Below are positions 14,256 to 29,400 of a DNA stretch of 64,000 bases, piece after piece. Position numbers and translations under genes: made by a program. Under the pieces are notes generated by a model. The model was not told the DNA's origin. It saw only the letters and a list, made by a program, of their open reading frames with translations, and did no database searches. The first letter of the stretch is position 1. Each line of letters begins with the position of its first letter. Source of the stretch: Auanema rhodensis (taxonomy: Eukaryota > Animalia > Nematoda); contig OZ059898.1 of the NCBI GenBank assembly GCA_964057225.1, forward strand, positions 18,848,001-18,912,000, given 5' to 3'.

Positions 14256-14431
14256 TATGCTAATTAAGTGTACACATGATGTGCACTTGGTATGTAACTC
14301 GCTTCACGTGAAAGATAAAGTGATGCGGTTTTCAAAATTAGATTCCGCATGTCCATATTAGTCTAAAAACAAATTTTTATTGATATTGGTGCATGGTAAC
14401 CATGACTTTGAAATTTACGTGAACTTTAATT

Positions 14432-15839
14432 TATGCTAATTAAGTGTACACATGATGTGCACTTGGTATGTAACTCGCTTCACGTGAAAGATAAAGAGAT
14501 GCGGTTTTCAAAATTAGATTCCCCATGTCCATATTAGTCTAAAAACAAAATTTTATTGATATTGGTGCATGGCAACCATGACTTTAAAATTTACGTGTAC
14601 TTTAATTTATGCTAATTAAGTGTACACATGATGTGCACTTGGTATGTAACTCGCTTCACGTGAAAGATAAAGTGATGCGGTTTTCAAAATTAGATTCCGC
14701 ATGTCCATATTAGTCTAAAAACAAATTTTTATTGATATTGGTGCATGGTAACCATGACTTTGAAATTTACGTGAACTTTAATTTATGCTAATTAAGTGTA
14801 CACATGATGTGCACTTGGTATGTAACTCGCTTCACGTGAAAGATAAAGAGATGCGGTTTTCAAAATTAGATTCCCCATGTCCATATTAGTCTAAAAACAA
14901 AATTTTATTGATATTGGTGCATGGCAACCATGACTTTAAAATTTACGTGTACTTTAATTTATGCTAATTAAGTGTACACATGATGTGCACTTGGTATGTA
15001 ACTCGCTTCACGTGAAAGATAAAGAGATGCGGTTTTCAAAATTAGATTCCCCATGTTCATATTAGTCTAAAAACGAATTTTTATTGATATTGGTGCATAA
15101 CAACCATGACTTTAAAATTTACGTGTACTTTAATTTATGCTAATTAAGTGTACACATGATGTGCACTTGGTATGTAACTCGCTTCACGTGAAAGATAAAG
15201 AGATGCGGTTTTCAAAATTAGATTCCCCATGTCCATATTAGTCTAAAAACAAAATTTTATTGATATTGGTGCATGGCAACCATGACTTTAAAATTTACGT
15301 GTACTTTAATTTATGCTAATTAAGTGTACACATGATGTGCACTTGGTATGTAACTCGCTTCACGTGAAAGATAAAGTGATGCGGTTTTCAAAATTAGATT
15401 CCGCATGTCCATATTAGTCTAAAAACAAATTTTTATTGATATTGGTGCATGGTAACCATGACTTTGAAATTTACGTGAACTTTAATTTATGCTAATTAAG
15501 TGTACACATGATGTGCACTTGGTATGTAACTCGCTTCACGTGAAAGATAAAGAGATGCGGTTTTCAAAATTAGATTCCCCATGTCCATATTAGTCTAAAA
15601 ACAAAATTTTATTGATATTGGTGCATGGCAACCATGACTTTAAAATTTACGTGTACTTTAATTTATGCTAATTAAGTGTACACATGATGTGCACTTGGTA
15701 TGTAACTCGCTTCACGTGAAAGATAAAGAGATGCGGTTTTCAAAATTAGATTCCCCATGTTCATATTAGTCTAAAAACGAATTTTTATTGATATTGGTGC
15801 ATAACAACCATGACTTTAAAATTTACGTGTACTTTAATT
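14432..15839 (+). repeat. Local 4-mer higher-order repeat x2 (704-bp period)
   Basis: The GCATAACAACC monomer occurs at 14960 and 15664. CAAAATTTT monomers occur at 14432, 14784, 15136 and 15488. Confidence 0.85.
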
Positions 15840-16191
15840 TATGCTAATTAAGTGTACACATGATGTGCACTTGGTATGTAACTCGCTTCACGTGAAAGAT
15901 AAAGTGATGCGGTTTTCAAAATTAGATTCCGCATGTCCATATTAGTCTAAAAACAAATTTTTATTGATATTGGTGCATGGTAACCATGACTTTGAAATTT
16001 ACGTGAACTTTAATTTATGCTAATTAAGTGTACACATGATGTGCACTTGGTATGTAACTCGCTTCACGTGAAAGATAAAGAGATGCGGTTTTCAAAATTA
16101 GATTCCCCATGTCCATATTAGTCTAAAAACAAAATTTTATTGATATTGGTGCATGGTAACCATGACTTTGAAATTTACGTGAACTTTAATT

Positions 16192-19183
16192 TATGCTAAT
16201 TAAGTGTACACATGATGTGCACTTGGTATGTAACTCGCTTCACGAGAAAGATAAAAAGATGTGGTTTTCAAATTTCGATTTCGCGTGTCCATATTAGTCT
16301 AAAAACAAATTTTTATTGATATTGGTGCATGGTAACCATGACTTTGAAATTTACGTGAACTTTAATTTATGCTAATTAAGTGTACACGTGATGTGCACTT
16401 GGTATGTAACTCGCTTCACGTGAAAGATAAAGAGATGCGGTTTTCAAAATTAGATTCCCCATGTCCATATTAGTCTAAAAACATATTTTTATTGATATTG
16501 GTGCATGGTAACCATGACTTTAAAATTTACGTGTACTTTAATTTATGCTAATTAAGTGTACACATGATGTGCACTTGGTATGTAACTCGCTTCACGTGAA
16601 AGATAAAGAGATGCGGTTTTCAAAATTAGATTCCCCATGTCCATATTAGTCTAAAAACAAAATTTTATTGATATTGGTGCATGGTAACCATGACTTTGAA
16701 ATTTACGTGAACTTTAATTTATGCTAATTAAGTGTACACATGATGTGCACTTGGTATGTAACTCGCTTCACGAGAAAGATAAAAAGATGTGGTTTTCAAA
16801 TTTCGATTTCGCGTGTCCATATTAGTCTAAAAACAAATTTTTATTGATATTGGTGCATGGCAACCATGACTTTAAAATTTACGTGTACTTTAATTTATGC
16901 TAATTAAGTGTACACATGATGTGCACTTGGTATGTAACTCGCTTCACGTGAAAGATAAAGTGATGCGGTTTTCAAAATTAGATTCCGCATGTCCATATTA
17001 GTCTAAAAACAAATTTTTATTGATATTGGTGCATGGTAACCATGACTTTGAAATTTACGTGAACTTTAATTTATGCTAATTAAGTGTACACGTGATGTGC
17101 ACTTGGTATGTAACTCGCTTCACGTGAAAGATAAAGAGATGCGGTTTTCAAAATTAGATTCCCCATGTCCATATTAGTCTAAAAACAAATTTTTATTGAT
17201 ATTGGTGCATGGTAACCATGACTTTGAAATTTACGTGAACTTTAATTTATGCTAATTAAGTGTACACGTGATGTGCACTTGGTATGTAACTCGCTTCACG
17301 TGAAAGATAAAGAGATGCGGTTTTCAAAATTAGATTCCCCATGTCCATATTAGTCTAAAAACAAATTTTTATTGATATTGGTGCATGGTAACCATGACTT
17401 TGAAATTTACGTGAACTTTAATTTATGCTAATTAAGTGTACACATGATGTGCACTTGGTATGTAACTCGCTTCACGAGAAAGATAAAAAGATGTGGTTTT
17501 CAAATTTCGATTTCGCGTGTCCATATTAGTCTAAAAACAAATTTTTATTGATATTGGTGCATGGTAACCATGACTTTGAAATTTACGTGAACTTTAATTT
17601 ATGCTAATTAAGTGTACACGTGATGTGCACTTGGTATGTAACTCGCTTCACGTGAAAGATAAAGAGATGCGGTTTTCAAAATTAGATTCCCCATGTCCAT
17701 ATTAGTCTAAAAACATTTTTTTATTGATATTGGTGCATGGTAACCATGACTTTAAAATTTACGTGTACTTTAATTTATGCTAATTAAGTGTACACATGAT
17801 GTGCACTTGGTATGTAACTCGCTTCACGTGAAAGATAAAGAGATGCGGTTTTCAAAATTAGATTCCCCATGTCCATATTAGTCTAAAAACAAAATTTTAT
17901 TGATATTGGTGCATGGCAACCATGACTTTAAAATTTACGTGTACTTTAATTTATGCTAATTAAGTGTACACATGATGTGCACTTGGTATGTAACTCGCTT
18001 CACGAGAAAGATAAAAAGATGTGGTTTTCAAATTTCGATTTCGCGTGTCCATATTAGTCTAAAAACAAATTTTTATTGATATTGGTGCATGGCAACCATG
18101 ACTTTAAAATTTACGTGTACTTTAATTTATGCTAATTAAGTGTACACATGATGTGCACTTGGTATGTAACTCGCTTCACGTGAAAGATAAAGTGATGCGG
18201 TTTTCAAAATTAGATTCCGCATGTCCATATTAGTCTAAAAACAAATTTTTATTGATATTGGTGCATGGTAACCATGACTTTGAAATTTACGTGAACTTTA
18301 ATTTATGCTAATTAAGTGTACACGTGATGTGCACTTGGTATGTAACTCGCTTCACGTGAAAGATAAAGAGATGCGGTTTTCAAAATTAGATTCCCCATGT
18401 CCATATTAGTCTAAAAACAAATTTTTATTGATATTGGTGCATGGTAACCATGACTTTGAAATTTACGTGAACTTTAATTTATGCTAATTAAGTGTACACG
18501 TGATGTGCACTTGGTATGTAACTCGCTTCACGTGAAAGATAAAGAGATGCGGTTTTCAAAATTAGATTCCCCATGTCCATATTAGTCTAAAAACAAATTT
18601 TTATTGATATTGGTGCATGGTAACCATGACTTTGAAATTTACTTGAACTTTAATTTATGCTAATTAAGTGTACACATGATGTGCACTTGGTATGTAACTC
18701 GCTTCACGAGAAAGATAAAAAGATGTGGTTTTCAAATTTCGATTTCGCGTGTCCATATTAGTCTAAAAACAAATTTTTATTGATATTGGTGCATGGTAAC
18801 CATGACTTTGAAATTTACGTGAACTTTAATTTATGCTAATTAAGTGTACACGTGATGTGCACTTGGTATGTAACTCGCTTCACGTGAAAGATAAAAAGAT
18901 GCGGTTTTCAAAATTAGATTCCCCATGTCCATATTAGTCTAAAAACATTTTTTTATTGATATTGGTGCATGGTAACCATGACTTTAAAATTTACGTGTAC
19001 TTTAATTTATGCTAATTAAGTGTACACATGATGTGCACTTGGTATGTAACTCGCTTCACGTGAAAGATAAAGAGATGCGGTTTTCAAAATTAGATTCCCC
19101 ATGTCCATATTAGTCTAAAAACAAAATTTTATTGATATTGGTGCATGGCAACCATGACTTTAAAATTTACGTGTACTTTAATT
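16192..19183 (+). repeat. Local 7-mer higher-order repeat, ~2.4 copies (1232-bp period)
   Basis: GATGTGG/TTTCGATTTCGCGTG monomers occur at 16192, 17424, 18656 and at 16720, 17952. The AACATTTTTT monomer occurs at 17600 and 18832. Confidence 0.85.
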
Positions 19184-19359
19184 TATGCTAATTAAGTGTA
19201 CACATGATGTGCACTTGGTATGTAACTCGCTTCACGTGAAAGATAAAGTGATGCGGTTTTCAAAATTAGATTCCCCATGTCCATATTAGTCTAAAAACAA
19301 ATTCTTATTGATATTGGTGCATGGTAACCATGACTTTGAAATTTACGTGAACTTTAATT

Positions 19360-21823
19360 TATGCTAATTAAGTGTACACATGATGTGCACTTGGTATGTA
19401 ACTCGCTTCACGTGAAAGATAAAGAGATGCGGTTTTCAAAATTAGATTTCGCATGTCCATATTAGTCTAAAAACAAATTTTTATTGATATTGGTGCATGG
19501 CAACCATGACTTTAAAATTCACGTGTACTTTAATTTATGCTAATTAAGTGTACACATGATGTGCACTTGGTATGTAACTCGCTTCACGTGAAAGATAAAG
19601 AGATGCGGTTTTCAAAATTAGATTCCCCATGTTCATATTAGTCTAAAAACGAATTTTTATTGATATTGGTGCATAACAACCATGACTTTAAAATTTACGT
19701 GTACTTTAATTTATGCTAATTAAGTGTACACATGATGTGCACTTGGTATGTAACTCGCTTCACGTGAAAGATAAAGTGATGCGGTTTTCAAAATTAGATT
19801 CCGCATGTCCATATTAGTCTAAAAACAAATTTTTATTGATATTGGTGCATGGTAACCATGACTTTGAAATTTACGTGAACTTTAATTTATGCTAATTAAG
19901 TGTACACGTGATGTGCACTTGGTATGTAACTCGCTTCACGTGAAAGATAAAGAGATGCGGTTTTCAAAATTAGATTCCCCATGTCCATATTAGTCTAAAA
20001 ACAAATTCTTATTGATATTGGTGCATGGTAACCATGACTTTGAAATTTACGTGAACTTTAATTTATGCTAATTAAGTGTACACGTGATGTGCACTTGGTA
20101 TGTAAGTCGCTTCACGTGAAAGATAAAGAGATGCGGTTTTCAAAATTAGATTTCGCGTGTCCATATTAGTCTAAAAACAAATTTTTATTGATATTGGTGC
20201 ATGGTAACCATGACTTTGAAATTTACGTGAACTTTAATTTATGCTAATTAAGTGTACACGTGATGTGCACTTGGAATGTAACTCGCTTCACGTGAAAGAT
20301 AAAGAGATGCGGTTTTCAAAATTAGATTCCCCATGTCCATATTAGTCTAAAATCAAATTTTTATTGATATTGGTGCATGGTAACCATGACTTTGAAATTT
20401 ACGTGAACTTTAATTTATGCTAATTAAGTGTACACGTGATGTGCACTTGGAATGTAACTCGCTTCACGTGAAAGATAAAGAGATGCGGTTTTCAAAATTA
20501 GATTCCCCATGTCCATATTAGTCTAAAAACAAATTCTTATTGATATTGGTGCATGGTAACCATGACTTTGAAATTTACGTGAACTTTAATTTATGCTAAT
20601 TAAGTGTACACATGATGTGCACTTGGTATGTAACTCGCTTCACGTGAAAGATAAAGAGATGCGGTTTTCAAAATTAGATTTCGCATGTCCATATTAGTCT
20701 AAAAACAAATTTTTATTGATATTGGTGCATGGCAACCATGACTTTAAAATTCACGTGTACTTTAATTTATGCTAATTAAGTGTACACATGATGTGCACTT
20801 GGTATGTAACTCGCTTCACGTGAAAGATAAAGAGATGCGGTTTTCAAAATTAGATTCCCCATGTTCATATTAGTCTAAAAACGAATTTTTATTGATATTG
20901 GTGCATAACAACCATGACTTTAAAATTTACGTGTACTTTAATTTATGCTAATTAAGTGTACACATGATGTGCACTTGGTATGTAACTCGCTTCACGTGAA
21001 AGATAAAGTGATGCGGTTTTCAAAATTAGATTCCGCATGTCCATATTAGTCTAAAAACAAATTTTTATTGATATTGGTGCATGGTAACCATGACTTTGAA
21101 ATTTACGTGAACTTTAATTTATGCTAATTAAGTGTACACGTGATGTGCACTTGGTATGTAACTCGCTTCACGTGAAAGATAAAGAGATGCGGTTTTCAAA
21201 ATTAGATTCCCCATGTCCATATTAGTCTAAAAACAAATTCTTATTGATATTGGTGCATGGTAACCATGACTTTGAAATTTACGTGAACTTTAATTTATGC
21301 TAATTAAGTGTACACGTGATGTGCACTTGGTATGTAAGTCGCTTCACGTGAAAGATAAAGAGATGCGGTTTTCAAAATTAGATTTCGCGTGTCCATATTA
21401 GTCTAAAAACAAATTTTTATTGATATTGGTGCATGGTAACCATGACTTTGAAATTTACGTGAACTTTAATTTATGCTAATTAAGTGTACACGTGATGTGC
21501 ACTTGGAATGTAACTCGCTTCACGTGAAAGATAAAGAGATGCGGTTTTCAAAATTAGATTCCCCATGTCCATATTAGTCTAAAATCAAATTTTTATTGAT
21601 ATTGGTGCATGGTAACCATGACTTTGAAATTTACGTGAACTTTAATTTATGCTAATTAAGTGTACACGTGATGTGCACTTGGAATGTAACTCGCTTCACG
21701 TGAAAGATAAAGAGATGCGGTTTTCAAAATTAGATTCCCCATGTCCATATTAGTCTAAAAACAAATTTTTATTGATATTGGTGCATGGTAACCATGACTT
21801 TGAAATTTACGTGAACTTTAATT
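19360..21823 (+). repeat. Local 7-mer higher-order repeat x2 (1232-bp period)
   Basis: The AATTCACGTGTAC monomer occurs at 19360 and 20592. The GCATAACAACC monomer occurs at 19536 and 20768. Confidence 0.88.
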
Positions 21824-23407
21824 TATGCTAATTAAGTGTACACATGATGTGCACTTGGTATGTAACTCGCTTCACGAGAAAGATAAAAAGATGCGGTTTT
21901 CAAATTTAGATTTCGCGTGTCCATATTAGTCTAAAAACAAATTTTTATTGATATTGGTGCATGGTAACCATGACTTTGAAATTTACGTGAACTTTAATTT
22001 ATGCTAATTAAGTGTACACGTGATGTGCACTTGGTATGTCACTCGCTTCACGTGAAAGATAAAGAGATGCGGTTTTCAAAATTAGATTCCTCATGTTCAT
22101 ATTAGTCTAAAAACGAATTTTTATTGATATTGATGCATGGTAACCATGACTTTAAAATTTACGTGAACTTTAATTTATGCTAATTAAGTGTACACATGAT
22201 GTGCACTTGGTATGTAACTCGCTTCACGTGAAAGATAAAGTGATGCGGTTTTCAAAATTAGATTCCCCATGTCCATATTAGTCTAAAAACAAATTCTTAT
22301 TGATATTGGTGCATGGTAACCATGACTTTGAAATTTACGTGAACTTTAATTTATGCTAATTAAGTGTACACATGATGTGCACTTGGTATGTAACTCGCTT
22401 CACGTGAAAGATAAAGAGATGCGGGTTTCAAAATTAGATTCCCCATGTCCATATTAGTCTAAAATCAAATTTTTATTGATATTGGTGCATGGTAACCATG
22501 ACTTTGAAATTTACGTGAACTTTAATTTATGCTAATTAAGTGTACACGTGATGTGCACTTGGAATGTAACTCGCTTCACGTGAAAGATAAAGAGATGCGG
22601 TTTTCAAAATTAGATTCCCCATGTCCATATTAGTCTAAAAACAAATTTTTATTGATATTGGTGCATGGTAACCATGACTTTGAAATTTACGTGAACTTTA
22701 ATTTATGCTAATTAAGTGTACACATGATGTGCACTTGGTATGTAACTCGCTTCACGAGAAAGATAAAAAGATGCGGTTTTCAAATTTAGATTTCGCGTGT
22801 CCATATTAGTCTAAAAACAAATTTTTATTGATATTGGTGCATGGTAACCATGACTTTGAAATTTACGTGAACTTTAATTTATGCTAATTAAGTGTACACG
22901 TGATGTGCACTTGGTATGTAACTCGCTTCACGTGAAAGATAAAGAGATGCGGTTTTCAAAATTAGATTCCTCATGTTCATATTAGTCTAAAAACGAATTT
23001 TTATTGATATTGATGCATGGTAACCATGACTTTAAAATTTACGTGAACTTTAATTTATGCTAATTAAGTGTACACATGATGTGCACTTGGTATGTAACTC
23101 GCTTCACGTGAAAGATAAAGTGATGCGGTTTTCAAAATTAGATTCCCCATGTCCATATTAGTCTAAAAACAAATTCTTATTGATATTGGTGCATGGTAAC
23201 CATGACTTTGAAATTTACGTGAACTTTAATTTATGCTAATTAAGTGTACACATGATGTGCACTTGGTATGTAACTCGCTTCACGTGAAAGATAAAGAGAT
23301 GCGGTTTTCAAAATTAGATTTCGCATGTCCATATTAGTCTAAAAACAAATTTTTATTGATATTGGTGCATGGCAACCATGACTTTAAAATTCACGTGTAC
23401 TTTAATT
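21648..23407 (+). repeat. Local 5-mer higher-order repeat x2 (880-bp period)
   Basis: The same series of monomer types starts at 21648 and 22528, with a chimeric junction monomer at 22352. Confidence 0.75.
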
Positions 23408-26400
23408 TATGCTAATTAAGTGTACACATGATGTGCACTTGGTATGTAACTCGCTTCACGTGAAAGATAAAGAGATGCGGTTTTCAAAATTAGATTCCCC
23501 ATGTTCATATTAGTCTAAAAACGAATTTTTATTGATATTGGTGCATAACAACCATGACTTTAAAATTTACGTGTACTTTAATTTATGCTAATTAAATGTA
23601 CACGTGATGTGCACTTGGTATGTAACTCGCTTCACGTGAAAGATAAAGAGATGCGGTTTTCAAAATTAGATTCCCCATGTCCATATTAGTCTAAAAACAA
23701 ATTCTTATTGATATTGGTGCATGGTAACCATGACTTTGAAATTTACGTGAACTTTAATTTATGCTAATTAAGTGTACACGTGATGTGCACTTGGTATGTA
23801 AGTCGCTTCACGTGAAAGATAAAGAGATGCGGTTTTCAAAATTAGATTTCGCGTGTCCATATTAGTCTAAAAACAAATTTTTATTGATATTGGTGCATGG
23901 TAACCATGACTTTGAAATTTACGTGAACTTTAATTTATGCTAATTAAGTGTACACGTGATGTGCACTTGGAATGTAACTCGCTTCACGTGAAAGATAAAG
24001 AGATGCGGTTTTCAAAATTAGATTCCCCATGTCCATATTAGTCTAAAATCAAATTTTTATTGATATTGGTGCATGGTAACCATGACTTTGAAATTTACGT
24101 GAACTTTAATTTATGCTAATTAAGTGTACACGTGATGTGCACTTGGAATGTAACTCGTTTCACGTGAAAGATAAAGAGATGCGGTTTTCAAAATTAGATT
24201 CCCCATGTCCATAGTAGTCTAAAAACAAATTTTTATTGATATTGGTGCATGGTAACCATGACTTTGAAATTTACGTGAACTTTAATTTATGCTAATTAAG
24301 TGTACACATGATGTGCACTTGGTATGTAACTCGCTTCACGAGAAAGATAAAAAGATGCGGTTTTCAAATTTAGATTTCGCGTGTCCATATTAGTCTAAAA
24401 ACAAATTTTTATTGATATTGGTGCATGGTAACCATGACTTTGAAATTTACGTGAACTTTAATTTATGCTAATTAAGTGTACACGTGATGTGCACTTGGTA
24501 TGTAACTCGCTTCACGTGAAAGATAAAGTGATGCGGTTTTCAAAATTAGATTCCGCATGTCCATATTAGTCTAAAAACAAATTTTTATTGATATTGGTGC
24601 ATGGTAACCATGACTTTGAAATTTACGTGAACTTTAATTTATGCTAATTAAGTGTACACGTGATGTGCACTTGGTATGTAACTCGCTTCACGTGAAAGAT
24701 AAAGAGATGCGGTTATCAAAATTAGATTCCCCATGTCCATATTAGTCTAAAAACAAATTCTTATTGATATTGGTGCATGGTAACCATGACTTTGAAATTT
24801 ACGTGAACTTTAATTTATGCTAATTAAGTGTACACGTGATGTGCACTTGGTATGTAAGTCGCTTCACGTGAAAGATAAAGAGATGCGGTTTTCAAAATTA
24901 GATTCCCCATGTCCATATTAGTCTAAAAACAAATTTTTATTGATATTGGTGCATGGCAACCATGACTTTAAAATTTACGTGTACTTTAATTTATGCTAAT
25001 TAAGTGTACACGTGATGTGCACTTGGAATGTAACTCGCTTCACGTGAAAGATAAATGGATGCGGTTTTCAAAATTAGATTCCTCATGTTCATATTAGTCT
25101 AAAAACGAATTTTTATTGATATTGATGCATGGTAACCATGACTTTAAAATTTACGTGAACTTTAATTTATGCTAATTAAGTGTACACATGATGTGCACTT
25201 GGTATGTAACTCGCTTCACGAGAAAGATAAAAAGATGCGGTTTTCAAATTTAGATTTCGCGTGTCCATATTAGTCTAAAAACAAATTCTTATTGATATTG
25301 GTGCATGGTAACCATGACTTTAAAATTTACGTGAACTTTAATTTATGCTAATTAAGTGTACACATGATGTGCACTTGGTATGTAACTCGCTTCACGTGAA
25401 AGATAAAGTGATGCGGTTTTCAAAATTAGATTCCGCATGTCCATATTAGTCTAAAAACAAATTTTTATTGATATTGGTGCATGGTAACCATGACTTTGAA
25501 ATTTACGTGAACTTTAATTTATGCTAATTAAGTGTACACGTGATGTGCACTTGGTATGTAACTCGCTTCACGTGAAAGATAAAGAGATGCGGTTTTCAAA
25601 ATTAGATTCCCCATGTCCATATTAGTCTAAAAACAAATTCTTATTGATATTGGTGCATGGTAACCATGACTTTGAAATTTACGTGAACTTTAATTTATGC
25701 TAATTAAGTGTACACGTGATGTGCACTTGGTATGTAAGTCGCTTCACGTGAAAGATAAAGAGATGCGGTTTTCAAAATTAGATTCCCCATGTCCATATTA
25801 GTCTAAAAACAAATTTTTATTGATATTGGTGCATGGCAACCATGACTTTAAAATTTACGTGTACTTTAATTCATGCTAATTAAGTGTACACGTGATGTGC
25901 ACTTGGAATGTAACTCGCTTCACGTGAAAGATAAATGGATGCGGTTTTCAAAATTAGATTCCTCATGTTCATATTAGTCTAAAAACAAATTTTTATTGAT
26001 ATTGATGCATGGTAACCATGACTTTAAAATTTACGTGAACTTTAATTTATGCTAATTAAGTGTACACATGATGTGCACTTGGTATGTAACTCGCTTCACG
26101 AGAAAGATAAAAAGATGCGGTTTTCAAATTTAGATTTCGCGTGTCCATATTAGTCTAAAAACAAATTTTTATTGATATTGGTGCATGGTAACCATGACTT
26201 TGAAATTTACGTGAACTTTAATTTATGCTAATTAAGTGTACACGTGATGTGCACTTGGTATGTAAGTCGCTTCACGTGAAAGATAAAGAGATGCGGTTTT
26301 CAAAATTAGATTCCCCATGTCCATATTAGTCTAAAAACAAATTTTTATTGATATTGGTGCATGGCAACCATGACTTTAAAATTTACGTGTACTTTAATTT

Positions 26401-29400
26401 ATGCTAATTAAGTGTACACGTGATGTGCACTTGGTATGTAACTCGCTTCACGTGAAAGATAAAGAGATGCGGTTTTCAAAATTAGATTCCCCATGTCCAT
26501 ATTAGTCTAAAAACAAATTTTTATTGATATTGGTGCATGGTAACCATGACTTTGAAATTTACGTGAACTTTAATTTATGCTAATTAAGTGTACACATGAT
26601 GTGCACTTGGTATGTAACTCGCTTCACGAGAAAGATAAAAAGATGCGGTTTTCAAATTTAGATTTCGCGTGTCCATATTAGTCTAAAAACAAATTTTTAT
26701 TGATATTGGTGCATGGTAACCATGACTTTGAAATTTACGTGAACTTTAATTTATGCTAATTAAGTGTACACGTGATGTGCACTTGGTATGTAACTCGCTT
26801 CACGTGAAAGATAAAGAGATGCGGTTTTCAAAATTAGATTCCTCATGTTCATATTAGTCTAAAAACGAATTTTTATTGATATTGATGCATGGTAACCATG
26901 ACTTTAAAATTTACGTGAACTTTAATTTATGCTAATTAAGTGTACACATGATGTGCACTTGGTATGTAACTCGCTTCACGTCAAAGATAAAGAGATGCGG
27001 TTTTCAAAATTAGATTCCCCATGTCCATATTAGTCTAAAAACAAATTTTTATTGATATTGGTGCATGGTAACCATGACTTTGAAATTTACGTGAACTTTA
27101 ATTTATGCTAATTAAGTGTACACATGATGTGCACTTGGTATGTAACTCGCTTCACGTGAAAGATAAAGAGATGTGGTTTTCAAAATTAGATTCCGCATGT
27201 CCATATTAGTCTAAAAACAAATTTTTATTGATATTGGTGCATGGTAACCATGACTTTGAAATTTACGTGAACTTTAATTTATGCTAATTAAGTGTACACG
27301 TGATGTGCACTTGGTATGTAACTCGCTTCACGTGAAAGATAAAGAGATGCGGTTTTCAAAATTAGATTCCCCATGTCCATATTAGTCTAAAAACAAATTT
27401 TTATTGATATTGGTGCATGGTAACCATGACTTTGAAATTTACGTGAACTTTAATTTATGCTAATTAAGTGTACACATGATGTGCACTTGGTATGTAACTC
27501 GCTTCACGAGAAAGATAAAAAGATGCGGTTTTCAAATTTCGATTTCGCGTGTCCATATTAGTCTAAAAACAAATTTTTATTGATATTGGTGCATGGTAAC
27601 CATGACTTTGAAATTTACGTGAACTTTAATTTATGCTAATTAAGTGTACACGTGATGTGCACTTGGTATGTAACTCGCTTCACGTGAAAGATAAAGAGAT
27701 GCGGTTTTCAAAATTAGATTCCGCATGTCCATATTAGTCTAAAAACAAATTTTTATTGATATTGGTGCATGGTAACCATGACTTTGAAATTTACGTGAAC
27801 TTTAATTTATGCTAATTAAGTGTACACGTGATGTGCACTTGGTATGTAACTCGCTTCACGTGAAAGATAAAGAGATGCGGTTTTCAAAATTAGATTCCCC
27901 ATGTCCATATTAGTCTAAAAACATATTTTTATTGATATTGGTGCATGGTAACCATGACTTTGAAATTTACGTGAATTTTAATTTATGCTAATTAAGTGTA
28001 CACATGATGTGCACTTGGTATGTAACTCGCTTCACGTGAAAGATAAAGTGATGCGGTTTTCAAAATTAGATTCCGCATGTCCATATTAGTCTAAAAACAA
28101 ATTTTTATTGATATTGGTGCATGGTAACCATGACTTTGAAATTTACGTGAACTTTAATTTATGCTAATTAAGTGTACACGTGATGTGCACTTGGTATGTA
28201 ACTCGCTTCACGTGAAAGATAAAGAGATGCGGTTTTCAAAATTAGATTCCCCATGTCCATATTAGTCTAAAAACAAATTTTTATTGATATTGGTGCATGG
28301 TAACCATGACTTTGAAATTTACGTGAACTTTAATTTATGCTAATTAAGTGTACACATGATGTGCACTTGGTATGTAACTCGCTTCACGAGAAAGATAAAA
28401 AGATGCGGTTTTCAAATTTCGATTTCGCGTGTCCATATTAGTCTAAAAACAAATTTTTATTGATATTGGTGCATGGTAACCATGACTTTGAAATTTACGT
28501 GAACTTTAATTTATGCTAATTAAGTGTACACGTGATGTGCACTTGGTATGTAACTCGCTTCACGTGAAAGATAAAGAGATGCGGTTTTCAAAATTAGATT
28601 CCCCATGTCCATATTAGTCTAAAAACAAATTTTTATTGATATTGGTGCATGGTAACCATGACTTTGAAATTTACGTGAACTTTAATTTATGCTAATTAAG
28701 TGTACACGTGATGTGCACTTGGTATGTAACTCGCTTCACGTGAAAGATAAATGGATGCGGTTTTCAAAATTAGATTCCTCATGTTCATATTAGTCTAAAA
28801 ACGAATTTTTATTGATATTGATGCATGGTAACCATGACTTTGAAATTTACGTGAACTTTAATTTATGCTAATTAAGTGTACACATGATGTGCACTTGGTA
28901 TGTAACTCGCTTCACGAGAAAGATAAAAAGATGCGGTTTTCAAATTTCGATTTCGCGTGTCCATATTAGTCTAAAAACAAATTTTTATTGATATTGGTGC
29001 ATGGTAACCATGACTTTGAAATTTACGTGAACTTTAATTTATGCTAATTAAGTGTACACGTGATGTGCACTTGGTATGTAACTCGCTTCACGTGAAAGAT
29101 AAAGAGATGCGGTTTTCAAAATTAGATTCCCCATGTCCATATTAGTCTAAAAACAAATTTTTATTGATATTGGTGCATGGTAACCATGACTTTGAAATTT
29201 ACGTGAACTTTAATTTATGCTAATTAAGTGTACACGTGATGTGCACTTGGTATGTAACTCGCTTCACGTGAAAGATAAAGAGATGCGGTTTTCAAAATTA
29301 GATTCCGCATGTCCATATTAGTCTAAAAACAAATTTTTATTGATATTGGTGCATGGTAACCATGACTTTGAAATTTACGTGAACTTTAATTTATGCTAAT

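Larger units (their letters stand above)
177..14431 (+). repeat. Segmental duplication, copy 1 (paralogue of 34318-47516)
   Basis: Same order of monomer types in both copies. Shared rare variants: CTTAGT 8481/41038, GATGCCG 12039/45124, CACTAGG 12528/45613, AAAACTT twice in each copy, TTAATCTA 2394/36535, and the 175-bp monomer at 4753/37486. Confidence 0.9.
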
